Shown piece by piece: positions 53,839 through 63,796 of a stretch of 64,000 nucleotides of DNA. The notes below the pieces were generated by a model. It saw nothing but the letters and a program-made list of their open reading frames with translations, was not told the DNA's origin and did no database searches. The DNA is taken from contig CAWHDZ010000034.1 in assembly GCA_963828255.1 (NCBI GenBank), forward strand, positions 32,001 to 96,000, read 5' to 3'. Positions within the stretch are counted from its first letter, which is position 1, and each line of letters begins with the position of its first letter. The translations under genes and the position numbers were made by a program. This stretch comes from an uncultured delta proteobacterium (GTDB lineage Bacteria; Myxococcota; Myxococcia; Myxococcales; Anaeromyxobacteraceae).

Positions 53839-56800
53839 ATGAAGAGTCTCCTTCGCTTCGCCGCCGCCGCGGCGGTCGCGGTCGCGCTCGCGGCCGGGAT
53901 CTCCTTCGCCCTCGCCCACCGTCCGTCGCCCAACCGGCCCACCGGTCCGGACGCCGTCGCCTCGATGGGAAACCACGCGGGCCAGGCTTCCGGCGAGGAC
54001 GGCGCCACCGACGCCTCCCCCGGCTACCGCCTGAAGACCCTGCCGGTGGTCACCAAGGTGGTGCTGGCGGTGCAGGAGAACTACGTCGATCCACGCAGGG
54101 TGAACCCCAAGTCGATGCTGGCCGGGTCGCTGGGCGCGGTGGAGAAGACGGTGGCCGAGGTCATGGTCGAGGGGGACGTCACCGCCGGGAAGGTCAAGGT
54201 CACGGTGGGCGAGTCCTCCCGCGAGTTCGACGTCTCCGGGGTCTCCTCCATCTTCAGCTTCCGCCAGAAGCTCGCCGAGATCATGGACTTCGTGCAGGAC
54301 CACCTCATCGCCCACAAGAACCTGGGCGACGTCGAGTACGCGGCGGCCAACGGCATGCTGCAGACCCTCGACCCCCACTCGGTCCTCCTCGAGCCCAAGC
54401 ACTTCAAGGAGATGCGGCTGCAGACCCGGGGCGAGTTCGGCGGCCTGGGCTTCGTCATCGGCATGCGGGACGGCAACCTCACCGTGATGAAGGTCCTGAA
54501 GAACACCCCGGCGCAGCGCTCCGGCATCCGGGCCAAGGACGTCATCTCCCGCATCGAGGAGCAGTCCACCATCAACATGGACGTCCAGGAAGCCGTGGAC
54601 CGGCTGCGCGGCAAGCCCGGGACGCGGGTGAACGTCACCGTGGGCAAGGCCGGCGCCGAGCCGCGCAAGCTGGCCATCGTCCGCGAGGTCATCAACGTCG
54701 AGACCGTGCCCTTCGCCAAGCTCCTCGACCGGAACGTGGGCTACGTGAAGGTCGCGCAGTTCTCCGCCAACACCACCCGCGACCTGGTCCGGGCCATCGA
54801 GCAGCAGAAGGGCGAGGCGGCCGCCGCCGGCGGCAAGCTGTCCGGGCTCATCCTCGACCTGCGCGGCAACCCGGGCGGGCTGCTCGAGCAGGCCATCACG
54901 GTCTCCGACCTCTTCCTCTCCGAGGGGGTCATCGTGAAGACCGTCGGCGAGGGGGACCGCCGCCAGATCCACGAGGTGAAGGAGGCCCACGCCGACCGCA
55001 ACGACTACGCGCAGCTCCCGGTGGTGGTGCTGGTCAACAACTCGTCGGCCTCGGCCAGCGAGATCGTGGCCGGCGCGCTCAAGAACAACGGCCGTGCGCT
55101 GGTGGCCGGGCGGCAGACCTTCGGCAAGGGCTCGGTCCAGGTCCTCTACGACTTCAGCGACCCCGCCCACGGCGGCGACGAGGCGGCCCTCAAGCTCACC
55201 ATCGCCCAGTACCTCACCCCGGGTGACATCTCCATCCAGGAGGTGGGCATCACCCCCGACGTGCTCCTGCAGCCGGGGCGCGCCCTGCCCGACGCGGTGA
55301 ACTGGTTCGCGCCCCCCCGCTCCATGGGAGAGGCCGACCTCGACCACCACTTCAAGAACCCGCTCCTGGGCGGCGGCGACGCCCGCCGGGGCGCGGAGAA
55401 GGCGGAGAAGAAGGAGCCCACCGAGAAGCCTCCCCTCGAGCTGCGCTACCTGCTCGACGAGAAGGAGGACATGGTCGCGAAGGCCCTCAAGAAGGAGGCC
55501 CGCGAGCAGGCCCGCGCCCGCACCGAGGACCCGGAGCTCACCCCGGCCCAGCAGGAGGACGAGGAGTCCGACGCCAACCCCGACGAGCTGGTCGAGGACT
55601 ACCAGATCCGCTTCGCCAAGGACCTCCTGGTCCGGGCTCCCTTCACCGACCGTGCACGCCAGCTCGAGGCGGCCCGGCTGCTCGTGGGGGAGCGCCGCGC
55701 CGACGAGCAGGCCCGCCTGCAGGCCCGCTTCGCCCAGATGGGCATCGACTGGAGCCCGGGCGTCGCCACCACCGGCACGGCGAAGCCGGTGGTCACCTTC
55801 GCCCCCGCCGCCGACAATGCCGTGAAGGCCGGGGAGACCGTCCCCTGGACGATCACCGTCAAGAACGAGGGGGACGCCCCCATCCATCGGCTGCGCGGCT
55901 GGACCAAGGTGGAGGACGCTCCCTTCCTCGACCGCCGCGAGTTCGTCTTCGGCGCGGTGAAGCCCGGGCAGCAGCGCAGCTGGACGGTGCCCCTGCGCAT
56001 CCCCCGCGGCATGGACAGCCGGCTCGACCTGGTCTCCCTGCGTCTCGAGGACGACGCCGGCCAGTCCTTCCCCGAGCCACGCACCCGGTTCGAGGTGGTG
56101 GAGATCCCCCGCCCGCTCTTCGCCTTCACCTGGCAGACCGACGACGAGGCCAAGGGGGACGGCGACGGCCTCCTGTCCCGCGGCGAGGAGATCGTGCTGC
56201 GCGTCGACGTGAAGAACGTCGGGGCCGGCCCCAGCGGCGACAAGACCTACGTCTCCGTGAAGAACCTGGGCGACGACAAGGTCTTCATCAAGAAGGGGCG
56301 CGCCGTCCTGGGGTCCATCCCCCCCGGCGAGACCCGCCCGGCGCTGCTCGAGGTCGAGGTGAAGAAGGGGTCCAAGCTCGACAAGGTGGCGCTCCGCTTC
56401 ACCGTCGTGGACGAGAAGCTCGAGGAGTACATCTCCGAGAAGGTCGAGATCCCCCTCTCCACCCAGCCGCCTGCCCGCCAGGCAGCCACCGGCGCGGTCA
56501 AGGTCACGGCCCTCCTCACGCCCGTCCGCTCCGGCGGCGCCCCCGACGCCCCCCCGCTGGCCGAGGCGGCCCGCGGCGCGGTCCTGCCGGTCAGCGCCCG
56601 GGTCGGATCCCTGTACAAGGTGGAGTGGGAGAAGGGGCGCTTCGGCTTCGTCGCGGCCGCCGACGTCGAGCCCACCAAGGGCAAGCTCGCAGGCTCGATC
56701 ACCCGGGTCTGGCAGCGCGAGCCCCCCCGGATCGCCGTCTCTCCCGATCCCGCCCGGGGCCCGGTCAGGGTCGAGGGGGAGAAGCTCCACCTCACCGGGA

Positions 56801-57051
56801 CCGCCAGCGTGCCGGCCGGAAGCCCGTCCACCCGGCTGAGGGACGTCTTCGTGTTCGTGAACGACCAGAAGGTCTTCTTCAAGGTGGTGCCGGAGGGCAA
56901 GACCGGCGACATCGCCTTCGAGGCCGACGTGGCGCTCAAGCTCGGAAACAACACGGTCACCGTGGTGGCCCGGGAGGACGAGGAGTTCCAGACCCGCCGT
57001 TCACTCATCGTGCATCGCACCCGGCCGGCCGAGGTCGCCCAGCAGAAGTAG
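53839..57051 (+). CDS. Large S41 C-terminal processing protease (myxobacterial type) with PDZ and C-terminal Ig/SH3-like domains
   Basis: LDPHS, GEFGGLG, DLRGNPGGLL, SASASEIVAGAL, TFGKGSVQ. Confidence 0.92.
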   Translation: MKSLLRFAAAAAVAVALAAGISFALAHRPSPNRPTGPDAVASMGNHAGQASGEDGATDASPGYRLKTLPVVTKVVLAVQENYVDPRRVNPKSMLAGSLGAVEKTVAEVMVEGDVTAGKVKVTVGESSREFDVSGVSSIFSFRQKLAEIMDFVQDHLIAHKNLGDVEYAAANGMLQTLDPHSVLLEPKHFKEMRLQTRGEFGGLGFVIGMRDGNLTVMKVLKNTPAQRSGIRAKDVISRIEEQSTINMDVQEAVDRLRGKPGTRVNVTVGKAGAEPRKLAIVREVINVETVPFAKLLDRNVGYVKVAQFSANTTRDLVRAIEQQKGEAAAAGGKLSGLILDLRGNPGGLLEQAITVSDLFLSEGVIVKTVGEGDRRQIHEVKEAHADRNDYAQLPVVVLVNNSSASASEIVAGALKNNGRALVAGRQTFGKGSVQVLYDFSDPAHGGDEAALKLTIAQYLTPGDISIQEVGITPDVLLQPGRALPDAVNWFAPPRSMGEADLDHHFKNPLLGGGDARRGAEKAEKKEPTEKPPLELRYLLDEKEDMVAKALKKEAREQARARTEDPELTPAQQEDEESDANPDELVEDYQIRFAKDLLVRAPFTDRARQLEAARLLVGERRADEQARLQARFAQMGIDWSPGVATTGTAKPVVTFAPAADNAVKAGETVPWTITVKNEGDAPIHRLRGWTKVEDAPFLDRREFVFGAVKPGQQRSWTVPLRIPRGMDSRLDLVSLRLEDDAGQSFPEPRTRFEVVEIPRPLFAFTWQTDDEAKGDGDGLLSRGEEIVLRVDVKNVGAGPSGDKTYVSVKNLGDDKVFIKKGRAVLGSIPPGETRPALLEVEVKKGSKLDKVALRFTVVDEKLEEYISEKVEIPLSTQPPARQAATGAVKVTALLTPVRSGGAPDAPPLAEAARGAVLPVSARVGSLYKVEWEKGRFGFVAAADVEPTKGKLAGSITRVWQREPPRIAVSPDPARGPVRVEGEKLHLTGTASVPAGSPSTRLRDVFVFVNDQKVFFKVVPEGKTGDIAFEADVALKLGNNTVTVVAREDEEFQTRRSLIVHRTRPAEVAQQK

Positions 57052-57097
57052 CCGGTTTCCACACCGGGATCCGAATCCACGGTAGGATTGCCAACCC

Positions 57098-60000
57098 GTG
57101 CCCGAGGCCCCGAGAGAACCAGGCTCCCCCACCCCTCCCCGGCTCGAGCTCCGGCTCGAGCGGGGGCGCGTCGCCGTGGGGCTGGGAGCGGCCCCGCTGC
57201 CCGGCGGACTCGTCCTCCTCGACCTGGAGCTGGAGGTCGAGGGGCTCCCCTCCCCCTTCGATCCCGGCGCCGGGACGTCGCCGTTCCGTTCCCTGCCCTG
57301 CGCCCTGCGACGGCTGGAGGTCGCCTCCGACGGCGCCTCCCCCGGCGCCGACGCGCTGCACGAGGTGCTCGCCGCGGCGCTCGCATCCTCCGGGTGGCCG
57401 CTGCCCGGCACCTCGGGGCTCGTCCACTCCACCTGGAGCGACGGCCGCGGATCGGGCGCCTCCTGGGTCCGCCCCGCCGACCAGGCCCGGGCCATGCTCG
57501 CGTCCGCTTCGGAGGCCGCCGCACGGGGCGAGCCCGACCTGGGGCTGCGGCTCGCCCTGGCCGGCCACGCGGCCATCGCGGCGGGGCTGACTCCCGAGGG
57601 CGTCTCCGCACTCCGCGCCGCGCTCGACGCTGGCCTGGGCAAGGACGACGCCCGCGAGGCCTGGCGGGTGCTCGTGGCCGCGGCCCGCGCCAGCGGCGAC
57701 GACGCGGCCGAGCGGCAGGGGCTCGCCGGGCTCGTGCCCGCCGCCCCCACCGGCGAGCGCCCCGCGCTCCTGCTGCGCCTCTCCGCTCTCGACCTCGCCG
57801 CCGGCGACGCCGACGCGTCGCGGCTCCACGCCGAGGAGGCGCGCACGCTCGCCCCCCGCGACCCGGTCGCCACCGAGGCGTGCCTGGCCTGCGCCCTTCG
57901 CGCCGGCGACGGCGAAGGCGCCATCGTCCTGCTCGACCGGCTCGCCACCCTCGAACCGGCCACCGCCGGCGCCCGCCTCCTCGACCGGGCCCGGAGGCTC
58001 GCGGCCGCCGGTCGGCTCCTCGAGGCCGACCTGGGCTTCAGCGACGCCATCGCCAAGCTGCCCGCCGACCGCGCCCTCGCCGACGAGCACGCCGCCCTTC
58101 GCCGTGCCTCCCCTCCGCCTGTCGGACGCCACCCCTGGGGCGAGCCGCTCGAGGCCTTCGCCGGTCGCGTCGGCGAGGCCCCCGATTCGGCGCGCGCCTT
58201 CCGCGACGCCGCCCTGCTCGCCCGGGAACAGGGCGACCTTCCCTCGGCGCTGCGGGCCGCCCGACGCGCCCACGAGCGGTCGGGCGACGTGGCCTTCGCC
58301 GGCGAGCTGCTCGCCAGCCTCCTCCACGCCGGAGGCTCGGTGCGGGAGGCCCTCGACCTGCACAAGATCCTGCTCGCGCAGGCCGCCCACACCCTCGACC
58401 CCGCCGCGCTCGCCGACCGGCTCACCGCGCTGGCCGAGCTGGCCGAGGAGGCCGGCGATCGCCCGCTCGCCGTCGAGTCGCTCGACCGGCTCATCGAGCA
58501 GCGCCCCCACGACGCCCAGACGCTGGAGTGGCGCTTCCGGGTGGACCCCGACCGCGTCCGCGCCCTCGACCGGCTGGCCGCTGGGGCCGAGGAGATCCGC
58601 TCCCGCCGCAGCCGCAGCCGCCTGCTCGTCCTGGCCGCCTCCGCGGCCAGGGACGAGGCCTGCGACGCCGGCCGGCAGCGCGATCTCCTCCGCCGCGCCG
58701 CCGAGGCGGCCAGCGGCTCGCCCGGGGCCGAGCGCGAGGTGGCGCTGGCGCTGCTCGCGCTCTGCCGCTCCGACCCCTCCGACGAGGAGAGCGCGCGCTC
58801 CCTGGCGCTGCTCCTGGAGGGCGATCCCGGCGCCCGTGCCGAGGCATTCCTCGAGCTCGCCGACGCCGCCCCTCCTGGCCGGGCCCGCGCCTCCCGCCTC
58901 GCCACGGCGGCCTCGGCCCTGGCCGAGTCGGGAGAGACCATCCGTCACCGCGAGGCGGTGCAGGCGGCCTTCGAGGCCTGGCCGCTCGACGACGCCACCT
59001 TCCGCGGGGCGCTGGCCTGGGCCGAGGGGGACGTGGACGCGACCGGGGCGGTCCTCTCCCTGCGCGCCGCCGCGGTCCCGGGCGAGGCGGCGGCCTGCCA
59101 CCGGGCCCGCGCCGACCTGCTGCTCTCCGCCGGCCGTCCCGGCCCCGCCGCCCGTGCCTACGAGGCCTGCCTGGCGGCCAATCCGTCCGACGGCGTCGCG
59201 CTGGCCGGCCTCACCGAGGCCCGCAGCGGCGAGGGTGACCTGCCGGGGGCGCTCTCCGCCGCCCGGAGGGGCGCGGAGGTGGCCGCCAGCCACGGGCTCG
59301 TCGCCGACCGGCGCCGGGCGCTGGTGAGGGGCGCCAGCCTCGCCGCCGGTCTCCACGACCGGGGCGAGGACGCCGCCTCGGTGCTGGAGTCGCTGGCCCT
59401 GCTCCTCGTCGAGGACGACGCAACCCCGGAGGCCGAGGCCGCGCAGATGGCCGCGCGGGCCGCCGACGCGCTCGAGAGCACGGGTGAGGAGCTTCGGGCC
59501 GCCTCGCTGCGCTCCCGGGCCGGCATCGCGCCACCCGAGCCGGAACACTCCCCGCTCGACCTCGCCGCCGAGACCGGGCCGGAGCATTCCGGGGCCAGCA
59601 TCGCCGAGTTGCTCCGCCCCCTGCTCGCCTCCGCGCGCTCGCTCGCCGACGCCGGGGAGCTCGGGGCGGCCTACGCGCGGCTCACGCTGGCCCGGGAGAT
59701 CGACCCCGACCACCTCGACCTCGGCCTGATGCTGGCCCGGGTCGCCGAGAAGCTCGGCCACTTCGACGAGGCGGTCTCGCACGGGGAGGCCTGGGGCGAC
59801 GCCGTCGCCGCCACCGACCCGGCGGCCGCTGCCGCCCGCTTCCGGGAACTGGCCGGCATCGCCCGGACGCGCCTCGCCGACCCGGCCCACGCCACCGCCC
59901 TCCTCCAGAAGGCGGCCGCCGTCGAGCCCTTCGACCCCGCCACCGAGGACGCGCTGGCCGGGCTCCGGGCCGGCCAGCGGGAGGGGGCGCTCGCGCTCCT

Positions 60001-61024
60001 GGAATCCCGGCTGGCCTCCCTGCGAGAACGGCCCTCCGCCATCGACGCGGCCAGGGCCGTGGCCGTCCTGTCGCGCGAGCTCTCGGCCACCGAGCCCGGG
60101 GCGCCGGACCGGGAAGCGCGCGCCGCGCGCGCCGACGCGGCCTACGACCTCGTCCGCTTCGCCGACCGGCTGGGGCCGGGGAGCCGCCCCCTCGCGCTGG
60201 CCCCCCGCATCTCACCCGAGGTGAAGTCCCGCGTCGCCCTGCCCGGGGCCGACGGCCCCACCGCGCGCCTCCTCTCGCTCCTCTCCCCGTACCTCGAGCC
60301 GCTCTTCCCCGTGGACCTGGCGCGCCACGGCACGGGCCCCGGCCCCGCCGATCGGCTGGCCCCCTCCTCGGCGCCGGGCGTCCAGGCGGCCTTCGCGAGC
60401 GCCTCCGGCGCGCTCGGCGGACGGACCCTGGCCCTCCTGGCAGGCCGGCGCCCCGGCCTGCAGGCGGTGCTCGAGAACACCCGCCCTCCCTCCGCCGTGC
60501 TCGGAACCGACGTGCCGTCGCTTCCCCCCGGGGCCCTGGCCTTCCTGGCCGCCCGCTCGGTGGCGCTGGCCTCCTCCGGCTGGGCGCTCCTGGGGCGCTT
60601 CGCCCCGCGTGACGCCCTCATCCTCTTCGAGCTGGCCAGCCGCTTCGCCGGTGGCGAGCCCCCGCCGCGCGGTCTCCCGGCCTCCCGCGCCGGCGACTTC
60701 CTGGCCGCGCTGGAGCGCTCCGTCCCCGCGGCGACGAGCGAGGCCGTCGCCCCGCTCGGGCCCGCCTCCGCAGCCGAGCTCTCGCTCCTCGACCCGGTGG
60801 CCTTCGCGGCCGCCGTGGAGGAGACGGCCGGCCGTCTCGCCCTGCTCCACGCCGGCGACCTGCACGGCGCGCTCACGGTGCTCTCCCGGCTCCCACGGCT
60901 GGGGCTCCAGGCGCCCGCCGACCCGCTCGCGGCGCTGGCCCGGCCCGACCTGGCCAGCCTCTCCGGCTTCGCGCTCTCCGACGCGTACCTCGAGCTCCGC
61001 GGGATGCTGCTCGGATGGGCGTGA
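57098..61024 (+). CDS. Giant TPR-like helical repeat protein
   Basis: 1308 aa of Ala/Leu/Arg helical repeats; C-terminal RLALLHAGDL.GAL...FALSDAY.ELR, as recalled for myxobacterial giant TPR proteins. Confidence 0.75.
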   Translation: MPEAPREPGSPTPPRLELRLERGRVAVGLGAAPLPGGLVLLDLELEVEGLPSPFDPGAGTSPFRSLPCALRRLEVASDGASPGADALHEVLAAALASSGWPLPGTSGLVHSTWSDGRGSGASWVRPADQARAMLASASEAAARGEPDLGLRLALAGHAAIAAGLTPEGVSALRAALDAGLGKDDAREAWRVLVAAARASGDDAAERQGLAGLVPAAPTGERPALLLRLSALDLAAGDADASRLHAEEARTLAPRDPVATEACLACALRAGDGEGAIVLLDRLATLEPATAGARLLDRARRLAAAGRLLEADLGFSDAIAKLPADRALADEHAALRRASPPPVGRHPWGEPLEAFAGRVGEAPDSARAFRDAALLAREQGDLPSALRAARRAHERSGDVAFAGELLASLLHAGGSVREALDLHKILLAQAAHTLDPAALADRLTALAELAEEAGDRPLAVESLDRLIEQRPHDAQTLEWRFRVDPDRVRALDRLAAGAEEIRSRRSRSRLLVLAASAARDEACDAGRQRDLLRRAAEAASGSPGAEREVALALLALCRSDPSDEESARSLALLLEGDPGARAEAFLELADAAPPGRARASRLATAASALAESGETIRHREAVQAAFEAWPLDDATFRGALAWAEGDVDATGAVLSLRAAAVPGEAAACHRARADLLLSAGRPGPAARAYEACLAANPSDGVALAGLTEARSGEGDLPGALSAARRGAEVAASHGLVADRRRALVRGASLAAGLHDRGEDAASVLESLALLLVEDDATPEAEAAQMAARAADALESTGEELRAASLRSRAGIAPPEPEHSPLDLAAETGPEHSGASIAELLRPLLASARSLADAGELGAAYARLTLAREIDPDHLDLGLMLARVAEKLGHFDEAVSHGEAWGDAVAATDPAAAAARFRELAGIARTRLADPAHATALLQKAAAVEPFDPATEDALAGLRAGQREGALALLESRLASLRERPSAIDAARAVAVLSRELSATEPGAPDREARAARADAAYDLVRFADRLGPGSRPLALAPRISPEVKSRVALPGADGPTARLLSLLSPYLEPLFPVDLARHGTGPGPADRLAPSSAPGVQAAFASASGALGGRTLALLAGRRPGLQAVLENTRPPSAVLGTDVPSLPPGALAFLAARSVALASSGWALLGRFAPRDALILFELASRFAGGEPPPRGLPASRAGDFLAALERSVPAATSEAVAPLGPASAAELSLLDPVAFAAAVEETAGRLALLHAGDLHGALTVLSRLPRLGLQAPADPLAALARPDLASLSGFALSDAYLELRGMLLGWA

Positions 61025-61638
61025 GGCGCCTCGCAGCCTCCGCGGCGGCCGTCTTCATCTGTGGGTGCGAGGTCTACGCCGTCCCCAGCCCGCTTCCCTG
61101 CCCGGGGGAACGACAGGGGGTCTTCGACTTCGTGGGCGACCAGATCCTCACCCCCGACGACTGCTTCTTCGCCCAGCCCGGGAACGACGCCTACCAGGTG
61201 AGGAACCCCATCCCCTTCCAGGGTTCCGTCAGCTTCGGTCCGGGCGCGAGCGATGCCGCCGTGTGCATCTCGGCTCCCCACGCGGTGCCGCGCCTGGGAA
61301 CCCATTCCGGGCTCGACCTCGACGTGGAGTACGTGAACCTGACCGGGAGCGTGGGGGGCTGCACCTGCCCGGACCAGGCGGCGGTCGCCGCCGGCAACTG
61401 CTCCTGCCCTCCTTCATCCGGAATCCCGATCACCGGCTGCTCCTGCCCGGTGATCATCTCGGAGCGCATCCAGGGATCCCTGCTGCCCATCCCGGGCGGG
61501 TTCTCCGGGTTCGACGGTTTCCAGAGGGTGTCGGTCACGCCGCCGCCCGGGCTCGTCCTCCCGGATCCTCCCTGCGACTGCCAGGCGGCCTGCTCCTACG
61601 CCTACACCCTCACGGCGACGACGGTCGGGAGCCGCTAG
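61021..61638 (+). CDS. Cysteine-rich putative lipoprotein
   Basis: Signal peptide ending VFICGC; 14 Cys with repeated CxC; GTG overlaps the upstream stop (ATG 61015 is the alternative). Confidence 0.7.
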   Translation: MRRLAASAAAVFICGCEVYAVPSPLPCPGERQGVFDFVGDQILTPDDCFFAQPGNDAYQVRNPIPFQGSVSFGPGASDAAVCISAPHAVPRLGTHSGLDLDVEYVNLTGSVGGCTCPDQAAVAAGNCSCPPSSGIPITGCSCPVIISERIQGSLLPIPGGFSGFDGFQRVSVTPPPGLVLPDPPCDCQAACSYAYTLTATTVGSR

Positions 61639-62355
61639 GTGCGACGCCCCGCCAAGCCCCGCCGCGCCGTGGTCCTCCTCTCCGGAGGGCTCGACTCCTC
61701 CACGGTCCTCGCCGTGGCGAGGAAGGAGGGCTTCGAGGTCCACTGCCTCTCGGTCGATTACGGGCAGCGGCACAGGGGGGAGCTCGCCGCGGCCCGGCGG
61801 GTGGCCCGGGAGCTGGGCGCCGCGAGCCACCGCGCCGCCCGGGTGAGCCTCTCCCTCTTCGGCGGCTCGGCCCTCACCGACGCCTCCATCGCCGTGCCCA
61901 AGGGGCGCAGCGCGGCGGCCATGGGCGGGGACATCCCGGTCACCTACGTCCCGGCCCGCAACACCGTCCTCCTGTCGGTGGCGCTCGCCTGGGCCGAGGT
62001 GCTCGGCGCATCGGACATCTTCCTCGGGGTGAATGCGATCGACTACTCCGGCTACCCCGACTGCCGCCCGGAGTTCCTGCGCGCCTTCGAGCGCCTGGCG
62101 CGCGTGGCCACCCGCGCCGGGGTGCAGGGCGGCCGGGTGCGCATCCGCGCGCCGCTGCTCCGTCTCGGCAAGGCGGCCATCGTCCGGCTGGGCGCCCGGC
62201 TCGGCGTTCCCTACCACCTCACCCTCACCTGCTACGACCCGGTCCGGGGCCGCGCCTGCGGCCGCTGCGACGCCTGCACCCTGCGGCGCCAGGGCTTCGC
62301 GGAGGCCCGCGTGCCCGACCCCACCCGCTACCAGCGCCCCGGGAAGGAGACCTGA
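61639..62355 (+). CDS. queC: 7-cyano-7-deazaguanine synthase
   Basis: [29 protein letters not shown]...CGRCDAC. Confidence 0.96.
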   Translation: MRRPAKPRRAVVLLSGGLDSSTVLAVARKEGFEVHCLSVDYGQRHRGELAAARRVARELGAASHRAARVSLSLFGGSALTDASIAVPKGRSAAAMGGDIPVTYVPARNTVLLSVALAWAEVLGASDIFLGVNAIDYSGYPDCRPEFLRAFERLARVATRAGVQGGRVRIRAPLLRLGKAAIVRLGARLGVPYHLTLTCYDPVRGRACGRCDACTLRRQGFAEARVPDPTRYQRPGKET

Positions 62356-62636
62356 TGGCCCGCATCACCCGCAAGTTCACCGGCCGGAAGGACGACGAGA
62401 TCTTCGAGAAGGTCCACGAGGTGATGGAGCGCATCGCCGAGGAGTTCAAGCTCGACTACCGGCAGAACGAGGGGCTCCGCACCGGCGAGGTCTCCAAGAT
62501 GGGGATCAAGGGCACCTTCTCGGTGAAGTCGAGCGAGGTGGTGGTGGAGATGAAGTATCCGATGCTGATCCCCGGATCGATGCGGCAGAAGGTCGAGGAC
62601 CACATCGAGCGGAAGCTGGACGCGCTCTTCGTCTGA
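62355..62636 (+). CDS. Polyhydroxyalkanoic acid system (PHA_gran_rgn)-like small protein
   Basis: MARITRKF...GIKGTFSV...RQKVEDHIERKLDALF; TGATG overlap with queC. Confidence 0.65.
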   Translation: MARITRKFTGRKDDEIFEKVHEVMERIAEEFKLDYRQNEGLRTGEVSKMGIKGTFSVKSSEVVVEMKYPMLIPGSMRQKVEDHIERKLDALFV

Positions 62637-62638
62637 GG

Positions 62639-62911
62639 CTACTCGAGCCGGACGACCACCGCGCCGCTGCGCTCGTTCAGCCGGTGCACCGCGGCGTAGA
62701 TGGCGGCCAGCGGCGAGTCGCCCGATCCGCTGGCCGAGCGGGGTGCGTTGGCGCGCCGCCGCCTCGCACCCGTTCCCGCGCCGGACACGATGCGGGCGCC
62801 GGCCTTGCCGTGGAGGGCGTCGGGCCAGACCTGCACCCGGAGCCCGGCGCGGTAGATCGCCATGAGGGCCCGCCCCATCTCGGATGCCACGCGCTCGTCG
62901 GAATGGGTCAT
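62639..62911 (-). CDS. Hypothetical small protein
   Basis: GGAGAGG RBS before ATG; MTHSDERVASEMGRALMAIY...GSGDSPLAAIYAAV; TACGAT upstream. Confidence 0.65.
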   Translation of the reverse strand: MTHSDERVASEMGRALMAIYRAGLRVQVWPDALHGKAGARIVSGAGTGARRRRANAPRSASGSGDSPLAAIYAAVHRLNERSGAVVVRLE

Positions 62912-63014
62912 GCCGTTTCCTCTCCGGGTACGGGTTGCATCGTATCCGCGGCGCGCCTCCCCGCCAGTTCCCCGCGATGGCGGCCGATAGCGGCGGCCCC
63001 ACCCCGCCTCGTCG

Positions 63015-63775
63015 CGGGGTCCCTTTCGCGGTGCCGGCGGGGTCCGGGTGGCCGGTCGTCGCTGGGGGCGCCGGCTTCGCGGTGAGAGCTCGCCCGCATG
63101 GATGGCGCCGCGGACACCGTGGTCAGACCGACGCCGGGTCGGCGCCCGCTCAGATGCGCCCCGCGCCGAGGCCACCCGTCCCGCCTGGCGGAAAGGCGGG
63201 TCCCGCGACGACGCGCGTCGGCCGCGCGCTTCACGAGGCGTGCGCGGGCAGGTCGGCGTCGGCCCCGCCCGTCGCCAGGCGGCGGACGCCACCCGCCGGG
63301 TGGCCGCCCGCAGTTCCCCACGAGGCGAGGTGTTCGCGTCGCCTTCGGCCCGGGCCGTCAGGCGCCCCCTGGTTGGCCCGAGCCCGTCGCGAGGCACACG
63401 ATGCCGTCGGCGAGCCGGGCACACGACGACGGAGCAGCGGAGGCGTGCCTGGAAGGCACGTCGAGCAGCGGAGGGAGGAGTCTGCACGGCGCAGCAAGGC
63501 AGCGTGCGCCGCAGCAGGGCTCCGGCCAGCCGGTGGGCGCCAGTCGCCGGCGCGGGCGTCCCTCGCAGCGGCGCCTCCGCACCGGGCGCCGGGGACGGGC
63601 GCTGCTCTGGCCCGGTATGACCCGGCGCCATTCACCAGGAGTACGCCACCGCCGGGAGGACCAGCGCCGCGGAGAGGGACATCCCAGCGCCCGGCGGCGG
63701 ACAGCCTGCTGGAACGAAGGCGATCCGCGGCACCCGGCGGCATCCGGCCTGCTGGAACGAGGGCGATCCGCGGCG
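63015..63775. repeat. Fold-back element D (same family as A-C) with an internal insertion and a terminal duplication
   Basis: Minus strand from ~63726: GGATCGCCTTCGTTCC...GCCGCCGGGCGCTGGGATGTCCCTCTCCGCGGCGCTGGTCCTC, identical to C; 63100-63140 is a degenerate inverse of 63600-63634. Confidence 0.88.
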
Positions 63776-63796
63776 CGGCGGCGTAGAATGGACGCC

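Noticed and set aside
50262..56790. Very long ORFs 50262-55226 (+) and 51907-56790 (-), and similar ones such as 254-3913, 14554-17865, 19705-22914 and 36553-39972
   Set aside because: Shadow frames of real genes caused by extreme GC3; the products are Arg/Gly/Pro-rich or antisense with no domain motifs
61639..62355. queC as part of a Qat or Dpd defence system
   Set aside because: Canonical length and motifs of housekeeping QueC; no TatD, KAP-NTPase or dpdA neighbours are visible
63690..63775. CRISPR-like repeat pair
   Set aside because: Only two 28-nt copies, a 15-nt partly homologous spacer and no cas genes; it is a tandem duplication
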